This document shows, piece by piece, positions 1 to 12,800 of a stretch of 64,000 nt of DNA. The notes beneath the pieces are model-generated. The model saw nothing but the letters and a program-made list of their open reading frames with translations. It had not been told where the DNA came from and did not search any database. The DNA comes from Macrostomum lignano (Eukaryota): NCBI GenBank assembly GCA_002269645.1, contig NIVC01002264.1, forward strand, positions 78,278 to 142,277, written 5' to 3'. Made by a program: the position numbers and the translations under genes. Numbering within the stretch: the first letter of the stretch is position 1; every line of letters starts with the position of its first letter.

Positions 1-718
1 AACTGTACACCCACTTCCGGTTGGCAATTCTCTAAACCTACGAGTACCCCTCTTAAGGTAGATTATGAAACTGTACACTCACTTCCGGTTGGCAATTCTC
101 TAAACCTACGAGTACCCCTCTTAAGGTAGATTATGAAACTGTACACTCACTTCCGGTGGGAAATTCTCTAAACCTACGAGTACCCCTCTTAAGGTAGATT
201 ATGAAACTGTACACTCACTTCCGGTTGGCAATTCTCTAAACCTACGAGTACCCCTCTTAAGGTAGATTATGAAACTGTACACCCACTTCCGGTTGGCAAT
301 TCTCTAAACCTTCGAGTACCCCTCTTAAGGTAGATTATGAAACTGTACACTCACTTCCGGTTGGCAATTCTCTAAACCTACAAGTACCCCTCTTAAGGTA
401 GATTATGAAACTGTACACCCACTTCCGGTTGGCAATTCTCTAAACCTACGAGTACCCCTCTTAAGGTAGATTATGAAACTGTACACCCACTTCCGGTTGG
501 CAATTCTCTAAACCTACGAGTACCCCTCTTAAGGTAGATTATGAAACTGTACACTCACTTCCGGTTGGCAATTCTCTAAACCTACGAGTACCCCTCTTCC
601 GGTATATTATGAAACTGTACACTCACTTCCGGTGGGAAATTCTCTAAACCTACGAGTACCCCTCTTAAGGTAGATTATGAAACTGTACACTCACTTCCGG
701 TGGGAAATTCTCTAAACT
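1..718. repeat. 68-bp tandem repeat, about 10.5 copies (cut by the window start)
   Basis: Unit AACTGTACAC(C/T)CACTTCCGGTTGGCAATTCTCTAAACCTACGAGTACCCCTCTTAAGGTAGATTATGA recurs at 1, 69, 137 and onward. Confidence 0.97.
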
Positions 719-860
719 ACAAAGCTTTTGTTAAACACAGAAAACAAAATACCTTGGAAATTTCGAGCGCTCAACTTTTTACGGACTATTTCTTATCCAG
801 TTCGTAAAAAAATAGAACTCTAGAGTAACTATACAACGGGTTGCATGTACACTTAAGTTT

Positions 861-3800
861 CTAGCTTTCGAGAGTCTCCTGGGCTTCAGCGGCCACTGCC
901 ACCGGAGCAGCGGCAGCCGGCGGCGCCGCCTCGAACAGTCGAGTGCCGCTAAAGCCGATCTCAATTTCATTCGGCCCAGTTGCCGATGCCGCCTCTGTTA
1001 ACGTTGAATCGTTGCCGCCGCCGCGCCTTAGCGACAAGCCGGCGCCGGTAACGGCTGCGGCATCTTCAGAGCCCGGCGGCAGGTCGAAAGCGGCGTCAAC
1101 AACGGAGCCGGGGCCCAGGCCGAGATGGCGCAGCTGAGCCTTAGCCGGCTCGAGCTCGCGACCGTCAACCAGCAGGTGCTGATCGTACGGAGCGACACCG
1201 TAGGCTTCCATGAGTCGCAGCTTTAAATCTTGCACAGTGGCTTCCGAATCGATGTCGAATCGTTTGTCGGTTGGCTTGCGACGAATTCTGGAAGACCTCC
1301 ATGGCTGCGGTTGCTGCTGAGCAGATTTGGCGCACTTCGTCGGCGGTGACTTAATACCATTGCCGACGCCGCCCTCGTCAGCGGCGGCATCCGCGGTGGC
1401 CGACTGATCGGTCGAAGCCGCCGAGGTGGCCGCTCGCTTCCTGCCGGCGCTCGAACGCGTGCTAGCGGCGTACCCGCCGGGCCGCACAGATCCCCGGGCA
1501 TCCTCGGCTACCCTCACGTAGATTGTCATTTTAAATCCGGCGCCAGCGTCGCCAACTTCCCCACCGGCCGCGTCGCCGGCGTCGCCTGCTGATGCGGCAT
1601 CGGCCGCTGAGTCGAGGCATTCGTCGCAGACGGGCGGCTGGCAGGAGTCGTCCTCTAGGCGGCAGATTTCAACACCGTCGCTGGAATAGGCGTCGACTAA
1701 AGCCAGCCATTCGTCTTGGGTCAGGGCGACAAGGCCAGAGTCGGCCGAGTCTGGCCGGCAGAGCAGGCGGCCGTGCGGGCACAGGTGACCGGAGTTCGGC
1801 ACCGGGCCGCCTGGTGGCTCAGTCAGCGGCGTCGCTGTCGATTCCTCCTCGGCGGCGGCGACCGCAGCGGCAACCACAAAACGACGCCATTGGACAAGAA
1901 ATTCTGCGTCGGCGTAATAAATCTTGCGGCCGGCGCAGTCGGCCAGGCTCAACAGGCGCTGAGGCCCGCTGCCAGTTGGCCGGTGGCGCTTCAGGTGTGC
2001 GGACAGGTGGAACAGCCGGTCGGTCTCGGCCTGAGCCCGACTAGTCAGCCTGGCCCGCTGATCAGAGCACACCGGACAGGGCTTGGCATCGTGCCAATAA
2101 ACCGGACAGTTCGGGAAGTAAGCAGCTAATCTGTGCCAGATCTCCTCCGGTAGGAGGCGGCGCCGGCCAGTCTCGCAGCAGAGATTGCCGTGCTGGCAAA
2201 GCAGGTCTTCGTTGAAGGCGAAGCCAACTGTCGCCGGATGGCCGTTGCTGACCGCCTGCTGATTGGCTGTCAGGGTTAATTAAAAAAATTGATTTCATAG
2301 AAATCAAATCACTATTCTAACATCGCTTCTGACGATCTAAATGGCAATTTGGACAATCAAAACGGGACGCCATAGACATTCAAGCCAGGCCGCAGATCTC
2401 ACCCTAGTCATGGACTTTAGCAGTTTAGCAGAGTCTACTGAGGGAGGCTTGGCCATAGACTATTGGGAATCGGACTGAGATTTTCTAGCTCTCTGTCCCT
2501 CCCGATCCACTGTTTTCTCGTCTTTGACCTGAAGGGTGTCAGCAGATCGCCAGCGGCTGATTGATGCGATTGCACAAGGGTCATTCATCGAAGGAAGCTG
2601 CGCAAGAATCCTGCAAATCAAGAAAACAAGCGCATTCCGAATCGCTGCCAGAGTAGAATCCCTTCTTCGCGGTGGTTGGAAAGAAGGATTTTGCAAGGAA
2701 ATGAGAGAATTCTTGGTTGAGAAACTCGATGAAAATCCTTTCCTGAAGATCAGGGAGTTCTGAGTTACTTTTGTTTTGCTTCCGGTAACGAAGACTTTGT
2801 TCACTTTTAAATATTCTAGTGGCCTCGAGATATAAAACAATACATTAAATTGGGCGAATTACCGTTTTGAATGGCTTTTTCCCATTTTGAGTGTCCATTC
2901 CACATTATATGATTGTGCATTCCCAAGCAGCCCGAGTCTGCGGCCTGGCTTGAATGTCCATGGTGTCCTATTTTGAGTGTCCATTCCACATTATATGATT
3001 GTGCATTCCCAAGCAGCCCGAGTCTGCGGCCTGGCTTGAATGTCCATGGTGTCCTATTTTGAGTGTCCATTCCACATTATATGATTGTGCATTCCCAAGC
3101 AGCCCGAGTCTGCGGCCTGGCTTGAATGTCCATGGTGTCCTATTTTGAGTGTCCATTCCACATTATATGATTGTGCATTCCCAAGCAGCCCGAGTCTGCG
3201 GCCTGGCTTGAATGTCCATGGTGTCCCATTTTGAGTGTCCATTCCACATTATATGATTGTGCATTCCCAAGCAGCCCGAGTCTGCGGCCTGGCTTGAATG
3301 TCCATGGTGTCCCATTTTGAGTGTCCATTCCACATTATATGATTGTGCATTCCCAAGCAGCCCGAGTCTGCGGCCTGGCTTGAATGTCCATGGTGTCCCA
3401 TTTTGAGTGTCCATTCCACATTATATGATTGTGCATTCCCAAGCAGCCCGAGTCTGCGGCCTGGCTTGAATGTCCATGGTGTCCCATTTTGAGTGTCCAT
3501 TCCACATTATATGATTGTGCATTCCCAAGCAGCCCGAGTCTGCGGCCTGGCTTGAATGTCCATGGTGTCCCGTTTTGATTGTCCAAATGCCCATCGAGGT
3601 GTCTCAAAAGTTCTCGGAATGTTTGCTCTAGCTCCTCAGTACCTTGACTTATTTTTATATTTTACGTGTCAAACTAAAGATAATTTTTCAACGAAAAAAA
3701 TTTGTCATTTGAGTTTATTTTTCATGCGGCTTCGTTTAAGATTTACAACAGGGACTTTAAAGGAAGGAAGGAAAGAAGAATAAAATAATAAAACCAAATC

Positions 3801-6800
3801 GAACGTCTGTGACATTTTAGTAGCGGAAATCCTTGGTTCTTAAAAGTTAAAAATATTTTTTAAATAGAAAGCCAGACTCACAACAGACACTGCCGCTCTG
3901 TTCTGTCGCAGCGGAACCGTCAGTATTATCCTGATCATCTTCAACAGCAGAAGCTGGCGCTGACTCTTCTTGGTGCTGCTGGCGGGCCAGGTTCTTCCAG
4001 GAGCGAAGAGACTTCACGCCAACCCAGGCTGATCGAGACGAAGCGCCGCTGTTGCTGCTACTAGAAGCTTGGCCGTTTTGCTGGCAAATTGATGGGTGGA
4101 GTCAAAGAATTACAAATTAAAACAGTCGATTTTAAAATGCCACAATGCATCTCGTTTCACTTAAGATGCTAATCCCAAGCATGCCCTTCAGGTGAGTGGC
4201 AGCTACTCTTAAACATTCCCTTCAGGTGAGGAGCTGATGGTCTCAAACATTCCCTTCAGGTGATCTCAAACATGCCCTTCAGGTGAGCAGCTGCTAATCC
4301 CAAACATGCCGTTCAGGTGAGCAGCAGCTACTCTTAAACATTCCCTTCAGGTGATCTCAAACATGCCCTTCAGGTGAGCAGCAGCAACTCTTAAACATTC
4401 CCTTCAGGTTATCTCAAACATGCCCTTTAGGTGAGCAGCTGCTAATCCCAAACATGCCGTTCAGGTAAGCAGCAGCTACTCCTAAACATTCCCTTCAGGT
4501 GATCTCAAACATGGTCTTCAGGTGAGCAGCTGCTAATCTCAAACATGGTCTTCAGGTGAGCTGCTGTTGCTAATCTCAAACATGGTCTTCAGGTGAGCAG
4601 CTGCTAATCTCAAACATGGTCTTCAGGTGAGCTGCTGCTGCTAATCTCAAACATGGCCTTCAGGTGAGCTGCTGTTGCTAATCTCAAACATGGTCTTCAG
4701 GTGAGCAGCTGCTAATCTCAAACATGGTCTTCAGGTGAGCAGCTGCTAATCTCAAACATGGTCTTCAGGTGAGCAGCTGCTAATCTCAAACATGGTCTTC
4801 AGGTGAGCAGCTGCTAATCTCAAACATGGTCTTCAGGTGAGCTGCTGCTGCTAATCTCAAACATGGTCTTCAGGTGAGCTGCTGTTGCTAATCTCAAACA
4901 TGGCCTTCAGGTGAGCTGCTGCTGCTAATCTCAAACATGGTCTTCAGGTGAGCAGCTGTTGCTAATCTCAAACATGGTCTTCAGGTGAGCTGCTGTTGCT
5001 AATCTCAAACATGGCCTTCAGGTGAGCTGCTGTTGCTAATCTCAAACATGGTCTTCAGGTGAGCTGCTCTTGCTAATCTCAAACATGGTCTTCAGGTGAG
5101 CAGCTGTTGCTAATCTCAAACATGGTCTTCAGGTAAGCTGCTGTTGCTTATCTCAAACATGGTCTTCAGGTGAGCTGCTGTTGCTAATCTCAAACATGGT
5201 CTTCAGGTGAGCAGCTGTTGCTAATCTCAAACATGGTCTTCAGGTGAGCTGCTGTTGCTAATCTCAAACATGGCCTTCAGGTGAGCTGCTGTTGCTAATC
5301 TCAAACATGGTCTTCAGGTGAGCAGCTGCTAATCTCAAACATGGTCTTCAGGTGAGCAGCTGCTAATCTCAAACATGGTCTTCAGGTGAGCTGCTGTTGC
5401 TAATCTCAAACATGGCCTTCAGGTGAGCTGCTGTTGCTAATCTCAAACATGGTCTTCAGGTGAGCTGCTGTTGCTAATCTCAAACATGGTCTTCAGGTGA
5501 GCAGCTGCTAATCTCAAACATGGTCTTCAGGTGAGCAGCTGCTAATCTCAAACATGGTCTTCAGGTGAGCTGCTGTTGCTAATCTCAAACATGGCCTTCA
5601 GGTGAGCTGCTGTTGCTAATCTCAAACATGGCCTTCAGGTGAGCTGCTGTTGCTAATCTCAAACATGGTCTTCAGGTGAGCAGCTGCTAATCTCAAACAT
5701 GGTCTTCAGGTGAGCAGCTGCTAATCTCAAACATGGTCTTCAGGTGAGCTGCTGCTGCTAATCTCAAACATGGTCTTCAGGTGAGCTGCTGTTGCTAATC
5801 TCAAACATGGTCTTCAGGTGAGCTGCTGTTGCTAATCTCAAACATGGTCTTCAGGTGAGCTGCTGTTGCTAATCTCAAACATGGCCTTCAGGTGAGCTGC
5901 TGTTGCTAATCTCAAACATGGTCTTCAGGTGAGCAGCTGCTAATCTCAAACATGGTCTTCAGGTGAGCAGCTGCTAATCTCAAACATGGTCTTCAGGTGA
6001 GCTGCTGTTGCTAATCTCAAACATGGTCTTCAGGTGAGCTGCTGTTGCTAATCTCAAACATGGTCTTCAGGTGAGCTGCTGTTGCTAATCTCAAACATGG
6101 TCTTCAGGTGAGCTGCTGTTGCTAATCTCAAACATGGTCTTCAGGTGAGCTGCTGTTGCTAATCTCAAACATGGTCTTCAGGTGAGCAGCTGCTAATCTC
6201 AAACATGGTCTTCAGGTGAGCTGCTGTTGCTAATCTCAAACATGGTCTTCAGGTGAGCTGCTGTTGCTAATCTCAAACATGGTCTTCAGGTGAGCTGCTG
6301 TTGCTAATCTCAAACATGGCCTTCAGATGAGCTGCTGTTGCTTATCTCATAAACATCGGTTTAGCGCGCATCCACCTGGACAGAAATATGGCAAACCCAC
6401 CGGCAGGTGATGCTGGTACTCCGGCTTGCGCTTAGCCGCCTTGTCAATCAGTTTGGCATCGGTAGCCAGCCTCGAGTCCAGTCGAATCCTGGCGCATCGC
6501 TGCCGCACGCAGGCCAGACAGAGTGCCGACTCGCCGGCAAGAAACGGCGCTGGCACGGGTGTCACTACGGAGTCAGTCGACATCGCGTCGTCGTCTTCAG
6601 CTGCTTTGCCGTCAGGCTCAGCGGCGCTGGCGCTGCTGCTCTGGTTATTGGAGAGAAAATCGAACAGGTCCCGATTGACAGCTTTGACGTGCGGACCGAC
6701 GCACTCGGGCAGCAGGCGGCCGTGCGGGCAGACGTACTGGGCGTAGGCACAGGAGTCCAGGGTGCGCAGGAAGAAGGCAACTTCGTCGCCGGATTCGCCA

Positions 6801-9800
6801 ACGTCCTCTGGGCTGCTGTTGAATACTGTCTGCGCGAAATGTTTTGCTATGTTGCTTATAATAGGAGTAAAATTGGTCGCTTTTTCTACGAATACCGATA
6901 GGGGCATCACCAAACTGGCTCCCGTGACGCTAAATCGATCCCCTCATAGAGCGCCACATAGGGAACCCAAAACTACTCATGAGATGTTAAAGTGCTCATA
7001 AAAGCTAAAACTACTCACGAAAAGTTTCAACTGCTCATGAGAAGCTAAAACTGCTCATGAGAAGCTAAAACTGCTCATGAAAAGCTAAAACTGCTCATGA
7101 GAAGCTAAAACTGCTCATGAGAAGCTAAAACTGCTCATGAAAAGCTAAAACTGCTCATGAGAAGCTAAAACTGCTCATGAGAAGCTAAAACTGCTCATGA
7201 GAAGCTAAAAACTGCTCATGAGAAGCTAAAAACTGCTCATGAGAAGCTAAAAACTGCTCATGAGAAGCTAAAAACTGCTCATGAGAAGCTAAAAACTGCT
7301 CATGAGAAGCTAAAAACTGCTCATGAGAAGCTAAAAACTGCTCATGAGAAGCTAAAAACTGCTCATGAGAAGCTAAAAACTGCTCATGAGAAGCTAAAAA
7401 CTCTCATGAGAAGCTAAAAACTGCTCATGAGAAGCTAAAAACTGCTCATGAGAAGCTAAAAACTGCTCATGAGAAGCTAAAAACTGCTCATGAGAAGCTA
7501 AAATCTACTCATGAATCTAAAACTGCTCATGAGAGAAGCTGAAACTGCTCATGAGAGAAGCTGAAACTGCTCATGAGAGAAGCTGAAACTGCTCATGAGA
7601 GAAGCTGAAACTGCTCATGAGAGAAGCTGAAACTGCTCATGAGAGAAGTTAAAATCAGCTTATGAAAAGCTAAAACTGTTCCTGGGAACCAAATCTGCTC
7701 ATATGAAGCTAAAAACTGCTCATATGAAGCTAAAAAAACTGCTCATATGATGATCCAAATCTGCTCATGGAGAGCTAAAGACATTCTTAAGTAGCCGTAG
7801 CCAGATTCACTTTAACATATATCTATGACTACCCGACCAAGGGCCCAAAAAAGATGAAATTAAATATGAAATACAGACAGGCACACAGATTGACAAATCA
7901 AGCTAACCTGCAACCAGGCAGACGGTACAAAAGCGTGACAATCAACTCGTTGAAGCAGCGGCAGCACCCGGCTAGCCAGCCTGCCCAGGAAGTCCCGATG
8001 CCGACGCTCGCGTCTAGCAACTGCGCTGGCCAGGCGAGCCCGGGCAACGTTCTCAGCGTTAACCAGCTCGGCCAGTTTGTCCGGCACCGCGGCCAGATTA
8101 GGATTAGCCTTGTGCGCTTCGAATACGCTGCGCTTCTCGTACACTAGAATGTAGGCATTCTGCGACAGATGCCAGTCTTTCCCGGGCACAGCGGCCGAGG
8201 CTTTCTCAGTTGGCCGGCTGGCCGAGTACCCCATCGACTGCTCCAGCTTCTCTTCTTGTCGCTTTAATAGCTTGTGCTTCACTGGGTACACCTGGCTATC
8301 GTTGCACACCAGCCAGCCCCGGCTGTAGTCCCGAACTATGGCCACGTAGTGACCGCCTGTGGCCTGCGTGTGTTCAATATAACAGTGCAGTTATTGCTAT
8401 TGGAAGGCTGGATGGAATAAGCTAGATAGGATTTACTCGCTTCAACATAATCCACAGAGACAGGATTAACTCGCCCCCATTATAATCTACCGACAGGATT
8501 AACACCCCACCATAATCTACAGACAGGATTAACACCCCACCATAATCTACAGACAGGATTAACACCCCCACTATAATCTACAGACAGGATTAACACCCCC
8601 ATCATAATCTACAGACAGGATTAACACCCCACCATAATCTACAGACAGGATTAACACCCCACCATAATCTACAGACAGGATTAACACCCCCACCATAATC
8701 TACAGAGAGGATTAACACCCCACCATAATCTACAGACAGGATTAACACGCCCACCATAATCCACAAAGACAGGGTTAACACCCCACCATAATCCACAAAG
8801 ACAGGATTAACACCCCACCATAATCTACAGAGACAGGATTAACTCGCCCCATCAGAAGCTACAGAGACAGGATTAACTCGCCCCATCATAAGCTACAGAG
8901 ACAGGATTAACACTCCACCATAAGCTACAGAGACAGGATTAACACTCCACCATAAGCTACAGAGACAGGATTAACACTCCACCATAAGCTACAGAGACAG
9001 GATTAACTCGCCCCATCAGAAGCTACAGAGACAGGATTAACTCGCCCCATCAGAAGCTACAGAGACAGGATTAACTCGCCCCATCAGAAGCTACAGAGAC
9101 AGGATTAACTCGCCCCATCAGAAGCTACAGAGACAGGATTAACTCGCCCCATCATAAGCTACAGAGACAGGATTAACTCGCCCCATCATAAGCTACAGAG
9201 ACAGGATTAACTCGCCCTATCATAAGCTACAGAGACAGGATTAACTCGCCCTATCATAAGCTACAGAGACAGGATTAACTCGCCCCATCATAAGCTACAG
9301 AGACAGGATTAACTCGCCCCATCATAAGCTACAGAGACAGGATTAACTCGCCCTATCATAAGCTACAGAGACAGGATTAACTCGCCCCATCATAAGCTAC
9401 AGAGACAGGATTAACTCGCCCCATCATAAGCTACAGAGACAGGATTAACTCGCCCTATCATAAGCTACAGAGACAGGATTAACTCGCCCCATCATAAGCT
9501 ACAGAGACAGGATTAACTCGCCCCATCATAAGCTACAGAGACAGGATTAACTCGCCCTATCATAAGCTACAGAGACAGGATTAACTCGCCCTATCATAAG
9601 CTACAGAGACAGGATTAACTCGCCCCATCATAAGCTACAGAGACAGGATTAACTCGCCCCATCAGAAGCTACAGAGACAGGATTAACTCGCCCCATCATA
9701 AGCTACAGAGACAGGATTAACTCGCCCCATCATAAGCTACAGAGACAGGATTAACTCGCCCCATCATAAGCTACAGAGACAGGATTAACACTCCACCATA

Positions 9801-12800
9801 AGCTACAGAGACAGGATTAACACTCCACCATAAGCTACAGAGACAGGATTAACACTCCACCATAAGCTACAGAGACAGGATTAACTCGCCCCATCATAAG
9901 CTACAGAGACAGGATTAACTCGCCCCATCAGAAGCTACAGAGACAGGATTAACTCGCCCCATCAGAAGCTACAGAGACAGGATTAACTCGCCCCATCAGA
10001 AGCTACAGAGACAGGATTAACTCGCCCCATCAGAAGCTACAGAGACAGGATTAACTCGCCCCATCAGAAGCTAGAGAGACAGGATTAACTCGCCCCATCA
10101 TAAGCTACAGAGACAGGATTAACTCGCCCCATCATAAGCTACAGAGACAGGATTAACACTCCACCATAAGCTACAGAGACAGGATTAACACTCCACCATA
10201 AGCTACAGAGACAGGATTAACACTCCACCATAAGCTACAGAGACAGGATTAACTCGCCCCATCATAAGCTACAGAGACAGGATTAACTCGCTCCATCATA
10301 AGCTACAGAGACAGGATTAACACTCCACCATAAGCTACAGAGACAGGATTAACTCGCCCCATCATAAGCTACAGAGACAGGATTAACTCGCCCTATCATA
10401 AGCTACAGAGACAGGATTAACTCGCCCCATCATAAGCTACAGAGACAGGATTAACTCGCCCCATCATAAGCTACAGAGACAGGATTAACTCGCCCTATCA
10501 TAAGCTACAGAGACAGGATTAACTCGCCCCATCATAAGCTACAGAGACAGGATTAACTCGCCCCATCATAAGCTACAGAGACAGGATTAACTCGCCCTAT
10601 CATAAGCTACAGAGACAGGATTAACTCGCCCCATCATAAGCTACAGAGACAGGATTAACTCGCCCCATCATAAGCTACAGAGACAGGATTAACTCGCCCT
10701 ATCATAAGCTACAGAGACAGGATTAACTCGCCCTATCATAAGCTACAGAGACAGGATTAACTCGCCCCATCATAAGCTACAGAGACAGGATTAACTCGCC
10801 CCATCAGAAGCTACAGAGACAGGATTAACTCGCCCCATCATAAGCTACAGAGACAGGATTAACTCGCCCCATCATAAGCTACAGAGACAGGATTAACTCG
10901 CCCCATCATAAGCTACAGAGACAGGATTAACACTCCACCATAAGCTACAGAGACAGGATTAACACTCCACCATAAGCTACAGAGACAGGATTAACACTCC
11001 ACCATAAGCTACAGAGACAGGATTAACTAGCCCCATCATAAGCTACAGAGACAGGATTAACTCGCCCCATCAGAAGCTACAGAGACAGGATTAACTCGCC
11101 CCATCAGAAGCTACAGAGACAGGATTAACTCGCCCCATCAGAAGCTACAGAGACAGGATTAACTCGCCCCATCAGAAGCTACAGAGACAGGATTAACTCG
11201 CCCATCAGAAGCTAGAGAGACAGGATTAACTCGCCCCATCATAAGCTACAGAGACAGGATTAACTCGCCCCATCATAAGCTACAGAGACAGGATTAACAC
11301 TCCACCATAAGCTACAGAGACAGGATTAACACTCCACCATAAGCTACAGAGACAGGATTAACACTCCACCATAAGCTACAGAGACAGGATTAACTCGCCC
11401 CATCATAAGCTACAGAGACAGGATTAACTCGCTCCATCATAAGCTACAGAGACAGGATTAACACTCCACCATAAGCTACAGAGACAGGATTAACTCGCCC
11501 CATCATAAGCTACAGAGACAGGATTAACTCGCCCCATCAGAAGCTACAGAGACAGGATTAACTCGCCCCATCAGAAGCTACAGAGACAGGATTAACTCGC
11601 CCCATCATAAGCTACAGAGACAGGATTAACTCGCCCCATCATAAGCTACAGAGACAGGATTAACTCGCCCCATCATAAGCTACAGAGACAGGATTAACTC
11701 GCCCTATCATAAACTACAGAGACAGGATTAACTCGCCCCATCATAAGCTACAGAGACAGGATTAACTCGCCCCATCATAAGCTACAGAGACAGGATTAAC
11801 TCGCCCTATCATAAGCTACAGAGACAGGATTAACTCGCCCTATCATAAGCTACAGAGACAGGATTAACTCGCCCCATCATAAGCTACAGAGACAGGATTA
11901 ACTCGCCCTATCATAAGCTACAGAGACAGGATTAACTCGCCCCATCATAAGCTACAGAGACAGGATTAACTCGCCCCATCATAAGCTACAGAGACAGGAT
12001 TAACTCGCCCTATCATAAGCTACAGAGACAGGATTAACTCGCCCTATCATAAGCTACAGAGACAGGATTAACTCGCCCCATCATAAGCTACAGAGACAGG
12101 ATTAACTCGCCCCATCAGAAGCTACAGAGACAGGATTAACTCGCCCCATCAGAAGCTACAGAGACAGGATTAACTCGCCCCATCATAAGCTACAGAGACA
12201 GGATTAACTCGCCCCATCATAAGCTACAGAGACAGGATTAACACTCCACCATAAGCTACAGAGACAGGATTAACACTCCACCATAAGCTACAGAGACAGG
12301 ATTAACACTCCACCATAAGCTACAGAGACAGGATTAACTCGCCCCATCATAAGCTACAGAGACAGGATTAACTCGCCCCATCAGAAGCTACAGAGACAGG
12401 ATTAACTCGCCCCATCAGAAGCTACAGAGACAGGATTAACTCGCCCCATCAGAAGCTACAGAGACAGGATTAACTCGCCCCATCAGAAGCTACAGAGACA
12501 GGATTAACTCGCCCCATCAGAAGCTACAGAGACAGGATTAACTCGCCCCATCATAAGCTACAGAGACAGGATTAACTCGCCCCATCATAAGCTACAGAGA
12601 CAGGATTAACACTCCACCATAAGCTACAGAGACAGGATTAACACTCCACCATAAGCTACAGAGACAGGATTAACACTCCACCATAAGCTACAGAGACAGG
12701 ATTAACACTCCACCATAAGCTACAGAGACAGGATTAACTCGCCCCATCATAAGCTACAGAGACAGGATTAACTCGCTCCATCATAAGCTACAGAGACAGG

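Noticed and set aside
943-2129. Plus-strand ORFs overlapping GC-rich exons (also 6407-6901, 14595-14879, 44132-44497, 47977-48330)
   Set aside because: Shadow ORFs of real genes on the opposite strand, with no recognisable motifs.
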